Source of the DNA: Trichoplax sp. H2
Taxonomy: Eukaryota
DNA: 64,000 bases
Direction of reading: 5' to 3'
NCBI GenBank assembly: GCA_003344405.1
Contig: NOWV01000013.1
Coordinates: 310,001 to 374,000, forward strand
In this document: one piece after another, positions 23,401-35,060 of the stretch
How the letters are laid out: each line of letters starts with the position of its first letter
Numbering within the stretch: position 1 is the first letter of the stretch
Translations under genes and position numbers: made by a program
The notes under the pieces: generated by a model
Databases searched by the model: none
Told to the model about the DNA's origin: nothing
Seen by the model: the letters and a program-made list of their open reading frames with translations, nothing else

Positions 23401-25557
23401 GTATTTTTAAATTTTTTGGACGAACCATCAGATAGCAAACGTCGCCAAAGAGAAGGCATTTATGTCTCTTATTATTTTGGAACTGGTAACAAAACTGTGA
23501 AGGTATCACAGTATATTGATGATGATCTGTGATAAATTATTTATTGCCTTCAAAATCGGTGCGCCACTATTATTATACTGAATAGGGTGCTAGGCATAAG
23601 TCAGTAAAAGTTAACTTAAGTCACTACTACTATATTAAAGGTTGTTTTAATCGTCTATTCGTATGTACATTAGCCTAAAATTGATTGCTTGTGCCAGCAT
23701 TATCTGAATTGCTCTGGAAGCAATCAACTAGAAATACTACCTATGATAAAGTACGAGTATATATTTTCGTAAAATATGATGCTAACAACAAGTAATTGCT
23801 ACATTAATGTAAGATATTAAGACTCGTAAAGAAGGAAATTTCAGATTAATTAAAGGTAAACCTCCGAAAGAAAGATTAAAGATCAATTATTTTATGTAAT
23901 TAAAATTTTTATTTTTCATAGCTAATTTTACTTGATACAAGAACGTTCTTTGATCCTATTAATGAAGACATACTTGGCAATGAACAATGGAAATGGTTGA
24001 AAGAGCAACTGAGTGAAGACGCAGCTTTAACTATAATAGGCAGTAGCATACAGGTTAGTTGAAATTTCTCATTCTCTACAGAATTATTTACATCGCCTTA
24101 TACAATATTTTTAACACTATTCAAATGTTAGGTTTTAACGGATATTCCCTTCGTGGATAGATGGAGATTTTATAAAAAAAGTTTTGATAGATTTCTATGG
24201 TTAATCAGATCAAGACCAAGGGTATAGGATAATACTTTTGTATATTTACATCATTCTATATTGGTATATGGTAACGTACGCATTATCATTCCATATCTGG
24301 CTGTCAGGTCATCTTGCTAAGCGGTGATGTTCACTTTGGAGAAATTTCATGTCTCAACGAGTCATGGATTGGTTAGTATCTTTGTATTTGGATATAAAAT
24401 TGATACTTTGACGACTTTAAAAATTACCTCATTTTCTAAACTTATGTGAATTGTATTATTAATGCTATGTATATAATATAAATCCATCCAATTAATCATA
24501 AATTATAATATTTTATTGCTTGATCCTATAGGATATCCTATATTCGATATTACTTCCAGCGGACTAACGCATACATGTGAAACAACTCTTGTTCCATTTA
24601 GCGTCTGCAGCTGGTCGTTAAAGTAATATAATTGTACTCTATCTTTCTATCTATCTGCCAATGCGTACAATTAGCTGCGATACATATATTTTTGATTTAA
24701 CATCATATTAAAGTGCACATTTCTATATTTCCGTTAGGAGATATGTCATATCTAAGTATCGAGTCGGTGATATACATCTAAATCAAAATTTCGGATTGAT
24801 ACGTCTGAAATGGAATGAACAAGCGGTATTGCGACCCGTAGATTCTTTTTAATGATTATGCTCCTTTACAATCTGCTCCGTAGTTCAGTTGAGATCTGCC
24901 TACTTAGGCTTATCAACTTAAAAGAATCATGCATCCTAAATTCGATAGATCTATTTTTCAATATGGCCGTTGCAGGTCTATTAACTAACTTCAAAAACTT
25001 GACTATTATATGCGACCTGCAGACTGAAATTTCAATCGAAATACATGGATTAGATGGCCTAAGCTTGCAGCAAACAGTTAAATTAAGCGACTTAGATTCG
25101 GTAAAATTTGTATCACTCTTATAAGTTTTGTTCCGTATTATTCTTAAATCTATCATTTTAATCGTATTTCTACTGCAGACTTTGTCTTATTGACTATATT
25201 ATTCATACTAGAAAAGTACTCCAGCAAGCTGTCCAACAAGAGTAGCGAGGCCCACGAATAATATGAAGTATGCCGTTTACGCGTTTACTTTTTGCGCACT
25301 TGCCATACCCTTGGTATTATTAGTACTTATTATCAGGTTAGTTTTCATTTAAGATAATACGCAAATCTTATAGTACACTTACAACTACTTTATTTAACTA
25401 CAAATGTAAAACTAACAATTAAAATTTTTTCGATAAATTAAGGTCAACTAATAAAATATTTAAGAGAATGTTTCCGCCTTCAGAACCCGCAAATAACTGT
25501 TCTAATCCTATAGACAAAGCCGTTTATCATACGCATAACAGATTAAAAGCTGAATAA
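20406..25557 (+). CDS. PhoD-family alkaline phosphatase/phosphodiesterase with signal peptide and C-terminal TM helix; multi-exon
   Basis: Exons give a hydrophobic leader, VAFGSC, KPDLFVWLGDVVYAD, VGVWDDHDYGEN, LILLDTR, ILGNEQWKWL, ILLSGDVHFGE and DITSSGLTH, which are the PhoD metal-binding motifs. TM YAVYAFTFCALAIPLVLLVLII; ends HNRLKAE* (TAA 25555-25557). Confidence 0.9.
20690..21250. repeat. Degenerate direct repeats in PhoD intron 1
   Basis: Repeated AAGCTGCA..., TAGACCATAGCATACA, TACAAGCTAG.CAGGCA and TCAATTTCACATC blocks about 260 bp apart. Confidence 0.75.
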
Positions 25558-26422
25558 GATGGATCACTGTCATATTTTTACCAATATGATTTCTATTGTT
25601 TTTGATATCATTTTTGTAACCATAACAAGTTAGAGATGATAACTACATTACATCTACACGGCCAAGAGATACTACATCGATAACAGTTATACTCTTTGTT
25701 ATCGATAATACAATTTCTCACGTTAACAATTGAATATTAATCTTATTTAGATCGCTATCCAGATACTGATAAGTATGTGTACTATTCTTTACATATTATT
25801 TTGATCGATATTTTTTTATCACTATATAAATATTGCAATAACTAGTGCCCTTCCTTGCAAGATACGTATTTTGCTTTTACTCGCTTCTAGTCTAATACAG
25901 CCTCTTAGCAAATTCATTATTTAAAACATCCACCTCAATTATCGAAATCGGTTTTACTACTTTAACTAAAATTGTTAATGTTAACGGTATAACTAACTAG
26001 CAGTTACATATAGCTTTCAGAGCTTGGACTAATATCCACCATAAGCACTAAGAAAATAGGACGTCCGAAAAATTTTGCGGCAAAAGTCCTTTATAACATT
26101 CCTCAAATTTTTATTGGTATTACAATAAGATCCTTATTTGTGATAAATTAACCCGTACCTTGAAAAATTCAACAAAATCTTGAATAAAAATATATCATGC
26201 TAATCTCAATTTATTTATAAAGAGTAGCAAAGCATCCCGTTCCTTAATTTACAGTAATACGATACAAGTATGCTATACATTAGGCTCTTGAAAAATGAAC
26301 TCGTTAGTCTATGCGTAGCATGACAGAAGGCTAGATTTTATGTGCTCTTTAAAAGCGACATTTACACAGTACATAAGATCCATTTGTACGATTGCATACA
26401 AAATAACATGATACCAAAAAAA

Positions 26423-29400
26423 TTAATAAAAAAGTCTACGAAATTCTTTCAAGCTGTATATTAAGTCCTCAATGTTGTTAGCTCTGCAATGAAACAATAA
26501 CAATAGTCTGAGTGCAGAAGCTATGACTACCTAAAATGTAGCACAGGGAAGAAGTATTAACGTAGACCTAAATTATAAAATCTTCCTACCTCAGTATTCT
26601 GTCATACAGTTGGTTAAGTTGTTCTGGTGTTGCAATTACTGATCCAGTTTCAGTCACAGTATTTAGCGACGATAAGGTGGCTTTAACCCACTCAGATAAT
26701 AACTTTCAAGTTTAGGAAATACATAGAAAAAAAGCACTGACATTGAACTACACTAAATAGAAAATTTATGGAAGATCAAGATAGCTAGCTACTAGATATG
26801 CGCATACCGATGTCGAATAATCCCGCAATTTTAGAAGAACTTCAGCCACTTTTGAGAGAAGGCTTTTCGGAATACCGTCAGCTACGGAATCAATTAAAGC
26901 TATAATAACATAATAAAATGTCTTAATTACCGATGCTCGAAATTCATGTCTTTAAACTCCAAACGTTCAGCTTTACCTTTGACTAATGCTTGACCGTGAT
27001 TGTCAACTAATTCTTTTGATCGTTGCCTTATAATATCACTACCAGGTAACGACTTACCCAACGAGAAATGAACACATATTTAACTAGCACATTCAAAAGA
27101 AACTATTTTCAAGTGACTAACCTCTCTATAACGTATGCATTCAATTAAGTCACAAAATACAATAAGAGCTGAATCATGAGCATCTCTATGTTGTAACGTA
27201 GCAGCAGCTAACCCACATCCAACAATAAAATTAACTGCTGGCGCAGTTAATATCAGTCGAGGGCAGCGTTGTAGATATCTATACTTCAAAAAACAATTCC
27301 ATAATATAGTATACGTATAGAAATAAACTACAAATCTACACATCTGCTGTTGTATTACATCTATTTAAAAGACAAAAGATTACAACCTAGCAGTTAATCT
27401 GAAAAGATCATCAACAGTTGCAGGATTATCGATTAAATCTGCTTGATTATTCAAAAATTCTGAAGTTACTCGACAAAAAATCTAAAAACATCAAGAATAA
27501 ATCAGAATTAATTTTTAATTGCTACAAAAGAAATGAGTATAATTATTTGAAAATTATGGTAAAAAAATATGCAAATTAATCAATAGACAGATATTATTTC
27601 AATATACCATAACGCAATAGTACCTCAAGCATTTGCCTGAAACTATTCTCATAAATGCTTTCAGATGCAAACTCATCAACCAAAATACTAGACAGGTAAA
27701 GGAAGCACGAGTGCTTATTCTCTGCGTAAGAGCTTACCAGCTGAAAGAGTCAAAAAATAAAGTCAATTACATTTAAGTAAGTAAAAATTCCATGCATTTA
27801 AATTCAATACAGTTACCTAACGAGCTACTCACCTGCTCTGCTATAGGCGCTAACAATTTTGCAGCTCGGCAGCTCACACAACGAATTGCAAACCGAATGC
27901 AAGTGCATGTATGCTCTAAAACTATAACATCATTCTTGTACTTGTTAAGAATTCTACTAAGAATCGGCCATGCCTAAAATCAAAACTTGTAAATTAGTAC
28001 GATTGTGTAGCACTTTGCTTCAGATAACAATAAAGTCCTAATTTAAGTATGTACATTTTCAAGAATAGAAAGGCAAGGATGCATTTCTGATGGATTTAGG
28101 CCTGCCTTGTAAAACCTGTACCAATATTTATTTGTTAGAAATACAGTATAATTTAATGCTTGTAAGTAACGATGCAGTAGTGCTGTGATAAGGTACCTAA
28201 AAATATGGCTTAAACGATCAATAGGAGGAACAGGATCAAGGGATTTTTCCATAGATGCTCCATCACCAACTTGTGCAATCTAGGAATTATATAGTACAAT
28301 ACCAACCTGGTAGAACATCCGCATCGAAAATGGTCATTTATTTATCTGACAAGTATGCTTTGTTACCTGCTGCAAAGTTTCCAATTGCAGAGCACCCAGT
28401 CTCTGTAAAATTTCGTAAGCATTGGACACTGATACATTACTTAAGATTTCCATTGCGCCTGTATAGGATTGGTCCGTTAATAAAATTATAAGTTACAGAA
28501 CTTAACTAAAATACTTAAAAAATGAGTAATTATGCAATCACCTTTAATAAGACTAAGGGCAGATTTATTAGCGTTTCGGTCACTGACGCTGGTAAACTGA
28601 ATAGCCTTTAAAATCAGAAAAACTTTAGTTATTACCAATATGTGTTGGTAATATTAATGTAATAAAAAAATAGGTCAAATAAGATACCTCAATTAATGGG
28701 TTCAGATGTGGATACATATGTTCCTTGCATTCTTTACAAGCGCTTTCAATTGTATCTGCAGCTTGAGTAGTAAGAGCCGATTCTTGTAACGAATTAAATG
28801 TATAAGACAAAAAGCCGGAAAGGTAAGCCCTTCCTGCCTCTTGATGAAATACAAAGCAAAGCTTTTCTAATAGTTTTAAACAAGTCTGCTTCAAAGCAAG
28901 CCCATAAGAAGGACTTGATATGACGATATCAATCACAGGTACTACAGCTTCAGCATGCCTCCTAGAAAAGAACAATACCAAAAATAATAAGACTATAGCA
29001 CGTCGATCTGTTTAAGTATGACCACCATGGCGACAAAAAAAATTGACAAGTGCCTTACATTAATAAAGATTCAGCTAGAATACCAAGAATAAAGAATGCC
29101 GCTTCTATCTGTACCCACGTATTCGCTGAATTTAGGGTATTTTGACATACCTGTAGTTAATAGAATGTTAACCGATATAGTAAGAAACAAGTTGAATAAC
29201 ATGTAAATAGGCAATAGGTTTAACTGACATGTGTAAAGCAGTTCACAGCTCCACCAACGACGAACTTAATGCTATGTAAAATATCTTCAACATCGCGGCG
29301 AAATTCGATCATCGTATCATCGTCAGCTAGGATTTCATTTTCCTAGTGTAGAGATAATCATATTCATTTCTCACTATATCGTCAGATTTTTAATCTATCA

Positions 29401-32400
29401 GACAAGAAAAAGATGTAAAATGTATAAATTATCTCATTCATGAAAACCTCGCTTTCACATCGTTGGCATAGTCTGCATAGATGATCCAATAGTCGAAATA
29501 TATACGGTTCAAAGGGTTTACTGTAAGTGTTGTCAGATTCTGTCAAGTCAAATAATGAGTCGGCCAAGCAAAACCAAAAATCGAAGGTAATTTGGGCAAG
29601 CTAAGCCAAGACAATGAAACAAAAATAACAAAATATATTAGTAATAATCAATAATTTCATTTTGAGAGCTCACCTACAAGTAACTTACAGAAATATTTCC
29701 ATATTCGGAACATAAAGATATCATTTCCAATAGATTAAAACTACCCAGTCCCTAAATAATCACAAGTGATAACTTAACAAAGTGGCTTTCTATATATAAG
29801 AACACAGTAACTTTATAATTGCATACCTGATTAGGCGTATCGATCATACACCGATGGAAGGAAATGCCAAGCTCAGTAAAAATATGACATAGTGCACCAG
29901 CTCTTCAGTGGTGTATGGAAAAAAAGTTACAAAATTAGCAAATGAAATGATAGTATATCATATCTAAATATTTCGATGGATTGACGTAAAATTTTAATGA
30001 TTGCCGCCAAATACATCCAGAAGCATAATACTCAGGTACTGTATACAGAATCAGTTAGAACTTATGTGAACTTTAATTAGCTCAGTAAGGTACCTTTCCA
30101 TATCTTTGTTGTTAAGAACTTCTTGAAAAGCACCATTCGCCAGTTGATGACATGCTGTAAGAAGTGCTTTAGCTAAATCTTGATATTTTTCATAATCCTA
30201 TTTATAAATTTGCGGCACACATATTATTACCGTCGATACAAATTGCCTCTAGAGGAATATAGCTAATCTTCTTTGATAATTAATCATAAAACAGGATAAT
30301 GATACTTTACCTCAACAACAGTGGCAGCACCGCATATGCACCGGCTAGCCGCTTCATAAATTCGCATATTAGACTGAACATTTAACTAAAATAATTAACA
30401 AAGACAGACAAACTTTCAGGTTATTGAATTGAACTATTTAAACATGGAAGTAAGCCCGAAAATGTTAAAAATATCATTACTTACTAAAATTTGAAAAGGA
30501 ACTTCTAAGAAATTACTCAAGATAATTTGTTCGGATATTAAAGGACCTAACTGAAACCAGCTGGCAAGGCAAGCAAGAGTCTATAAATTAAAGATTTCTA
30601 TATTTTAGAACTGCTATTGCAATCTGCATAAGATATCAGTAGTGAAGTCATTGATGCGGTATAGTGGATAAATTAAAAAATCAATATGTAACCAGAATAG
30701 TTACTCACTTTAACACAGATATTGGAGTCAGTCTTCACCATTTCCATGCACTTTGACTAAAGATAACGTTGCAAATAGTTCCCCATTAAATCATTAGTCG
30801 CTCTTTATAAAATTATGAAAAGTTGAAGTGCATTATTTTTATCTTATTCATACCAAAAACTCGAAAACTAGTGTTGACGACTGCCGTAAGATCGTTGTTA
30901 CCAAAGTTCTTCTGTTTTCACCAACTCGTATTTTTTCACTTTCAATCTATAAATAGATGAATTCATTGTTGAATTATCCAAGCAGAAATGATACTTGAAA
31001 TCAACGAGTTTTTCTAAAAATACATCAAGCGCATATCTAACATCTGTAACAATGAGTATATAAAAACGTACTTCTTGGGGTAAGATCTCAAGTGTTTCCA
31101 ATAATATGGGATAATACCGGATTTCGCTAGCGAAACTATTACAACGCCAACATCAAACATGAATTTATCAGTTAAGTATGTACATTGAAATTAAAATGTA
31201 TCTTATTGCTAGCAAAGCATGATAATAACATTGAACGAAAAACATTTTAATCATTATTCATTTTAGAGTTATATACAAATTCTTTAAAGGTCGATGTTTA
31301 AGCTATTAGTAAATGTGAAGGAATCTTTATCAACTTAATGACACCATAAATATGAATTCCTATTAATATCAATCTATTTACCTAACAATCAAACTTTGTA
31401 CAGCGTCGTTCCATTGATCCATCTGTATTGCTAAGTCAGCAAGAGCTATGCATAACTAATATTTATGTATAACAATAAAAGCGAAATAAAGATGAATTAA
31501 AATAACTTATAATAAGTTATAGGTTAGAAGCCGATAAGAATATGCTATTAGATATAAGAGGTAAAAACTTAACAGTGAATACCAGTTAAAAAGTACAGTT
31601 TTATATCTTGTTAGCTTTCAATAACACGTAAGATGGTAACTCCTGGGAATAAATAATTTCCATTTTACAATCTTCCTTTGTCAAATCATGCTTACTTGTG
31701 TTACGGTTGAAGGTGATCCAGCATGTAATCTTTTGCAATGGTCTATTAATGAGTTTCTTAATGACTGTATGTAGGTAAAGATTAATAGTAATAACCATAA
31801 TTAGTATAGCACATACTTTCTGCAACCATTCATAAATAAGCAACTAATATAAGTATAATATTCCCCTTTGAAGGTTAATGTTGAAGTATAGGAAATATAA
31901 TAGCTCTGGTATTCATTTATATAGCGATACTGATGTTAAAAGAGTGCAAATCGAGTGATATATTTTGAATTAAATATAGTCTTGGTGTCTCAGTTGTACG
32001 TAAACTGAAACAGTAACGTTACTAAATTAGCAAGATATGAGGCGAGATGCTCATCCTCTAGGGACTGTAAAAGAATTACGTAGCGTAAGAAAAAGTGATA
32101 CAGGCATATTACATTACAAATTTACAACAAAGTTGCATTTTTTAGTAGCTCATAAATTCATTTATAATAAATTGATTATCCAGTAAAAAAGAAGAATATA
32201 TTGCTATTACATTTTACGCTAAGGCATTGACTTACCCCATGTGACGATACCGGTAATTCGTTAAAACTATATTCAATCTAAGTAAATCAATTATCAGTAT
32301 TTAAAATGTTATCTGAAAAGTAACGTTTACTAGTAAGTACAGTCTTTACCGCTTTTAGTTTACAGTTATATAATGTACAACTTAACAGTAGATGCAAGCC

Positions 32401-33756
32401 ACTACTCTAGAAGTATCTGGTTTGCTCTACCAACTGATATGTTCAATCTTAATCTGGCAGATTAGTGTTGTAACATACTGTATTTTAGCAAGCATTCCAA
32501 TTGAAGGTAATATAAATCTATCATCTATAATGAAAACCTATCTTATTTTCTTATCATACGTCATTTAATAAGGTAGATTTAACATTAGGCATCAACTACT
32601 CAGTGTTTTATTTGATTAGCTAGGTGTGAAATGATGTTGATTTGTTACCTTGCTTTTCATGGTATTAGCAGCAAAGTAAGTATATGTCTCATTGGTGCTT
32701 TTATGTAATAATTCATCACATAATTCCCATGCATATACCTGTAATTAAGATAAGATACGTTATTAATACATGAAAATTATACATGATAACGTTGATTTCC
32801 TGATCACTTCTGACTGCATCAGCATAAGCCAAGGGGTGATTATTCGTTATGTCAATTAGCAATTTTGTTCAACTGTAAGTTGTATAAAATAGAGAATAAA
32901 AAGCGTCCTAACCAATTCTAATAAGATAAAAAGTATCATTCCACTAGGCCTAGCATTAGCTGTACTATAGTAGCATGTCTATTATTATATAAGCTATTTA
33001 TTGTTTATTTCATCTGGTAGGAGAAAACATAAGTGTTCAAGATGATAAGATCCTCGTCTAGTACGCGTATATTAGCAACTACTTCCGCTACAAGGCGAGT
33101 TGATTCATTCCCTATAGCATCAACCGATCAGGTACTCGCTGTGCTCATTTTCACATACGATAAGCATATCAATCTTATAATATCCAATAATCAACGCTGT
33201 ACTAGCAGTTCATCATTATAATTGCTACAAAAATATAATGTAGCTGTTCGATTTCAATTTCAAAAGTACTACTAGCAGACTGAGCCTACACGAGTCTACA
33301 AAACTATTCGATTTACTTTAGATCGATTAATTTGGGTAGACATGCAACGTCATCATTATCCTAATTCTAGTCCATCACATCGATATAGGTCAAGAACCAA
33401 GTTGAATCTTGTTCAAAGGATATCGATAGAATTGGAGAGTTGGATAAAAAGCCTATGTGAAGGCTTGACGATATTAATATAGATGAGTAAAATGTTCCAT
33501 TGTACTAGCTCAGCATGGAGGACTACGAAGAGGAGTGCTGATCGTTTGTGAGTACAGTATGAGAGTGGAAATGAGTCAGAACGAAAGCACGATTCCTTGT
33601 AGAAACTTATTAAGCACTGTTATTATCCTACTGAGCATTTATTACCGATTTTTGAAATTCTTCCAGCCATTTCGATGCTTTTTCTACGTTATGAACATAC
33701 AAAGCTTCTAAAGCAGCAACGAGCTCATTAATGGTAGGTCGTCCTGGAGTAGCCAT
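26423..33756 (-). CDS. TNPO3: Transportin-3 (importin-beta family SR-protein importer); multi-exon
   Basis: ATG at 33756 (MATPGRPTINELVAALEALY..ASKWLEEFQKS), then VYAWELCDELL, IEYSFNELPVSSHG, SLRNSLIDH, LCIALADLAIQM, ETLEILPQE, TFDFWFCLADSL, WVQIEAAFFIL, HTCTCIRFAIRCV. Ends SLKEFRRLFY* at 26423. Confidence 0.93.
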
Positions 33757-33829
33757 TGCACAAAAAGAAGTCTAAAAGTTGCAAGCCGCCATGCACCAGA
33801 GCAACGTCTCCTCGTCCAGTGGTCGTACG

Positions 33830-34120
33830 TCAGTACAGTATCGGTATGATTGTTAGCGTACAGTGTACAATGTACTGTACGAAACACTTCATGTACTGTA
33901 CACTGTACACTGTACAATACAGTACGGTACAGTGTGGCTCAGATTTGCTGTACAGTACGATACTCGGACGTCTTAAACACTCATGAAGTGATAGTACTTA
34001 CACAGTAGAAAGCACTACAAGTGCTGTAAGATTGAAGATTGAAGCCTACAATACAGTACTGTACATGCAGTACTGTACACTGTAGTAGCGGGCGTACTGT
34101 ATTGTACAGTACAGTCATAA
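33830..34120. promoter_or_regulatory. TACAGT-rich tract between the divergent TNPO3 and GSKIP genes (probable bidirectional promoter)
   Basis: Motif-dense block starting about 75 bp upstream of the TNPO3 ATG. Confidence 0.55.
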
Positions 34121-35060
34121 GTCCGTGACCCTAAATTATGTCACTTATTGTAAGTATGATTTGTTACTGTTGAGTGACATTGCTTTCGCAAACATTGTAA
34201 AAGACTGCAGGGATCTTCATTTGTAGTTTTTTGTATCCCAATCATGAATTAAAACCTATGTCACTTATTGTGTGCATGATTTCTTGCTATAGAGTGACAT
34301 TATTTTCGCAACCACTTCAAAGACTCCAAGGACTACCGTATTGTACTTGCCACTAGAGTTGCCAGGGACCTTCATTTGTAGTTTTTCGTCTTCCTATCGT
34401 TAATTAATGGACCATTCATTAATTATTCATCAAGTATGGAATTAATAATTGATAACAGTAATTCTCCGAAAGATTGAGTAGTTCATAGAGAGCTTTATTG
34501 GTATTTGTTTGTATCCATCATTAAAAATAATGATCCATGGTCCGGCATTTTCTTCATATCCTCTCCCCTTGGCCTATGGTCATACCATGGACTTTTAGAA
34601 ATACAATATACCAGCGTTGTTGATAATACAGTATAATGTTGAATGTTGTAGCACAGTATTTCTCTCTCTCTCTCTCTCAATCAAAAAGTATTACAGTTGA
34701 TGTATGGTCTACTGCATACTAGTAATACACTCCACCATTCAATATTCGATAAAAAAGTGCAGTTAGACATTTTTGGATTCCCGCGGATTGTGCGGCCATT
34801 GCATTGTAGTGGCGTACGGTACGCTAGGGGGGGGGGGGGAGAGAGATCTACACAAGGTGTACGTGACTCTCGAGGCGTATGAATCGTCATCAAGCTCCTT
34901 GGTAACGAACACTCGAGCTCGAGCAAGCTCCAGAAGTAGTTTTCTCCTAGCAGTCCATGATATTGCACACTATGCACTGTGCCATGCATGATGTAAGGTA
35001 GGCTGAAAATTAATTTATAGGCAGCTGCTACAGCTGTTGACCGATCAGAGTTTACTCAAG

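Noticed and set aside
20406-25557. PhoD as bacterial contamination or recent HGT
   Set aside because: More than ten spliceosomal introns and host-like base composition.
31980-32065. Exon-like segment in a TNPO3 intron (SLEDEHLASY...)
   Set aside because: It runs into a stop; the true homologous exon (SLRNSLIDH...) is at ~31696-31764.
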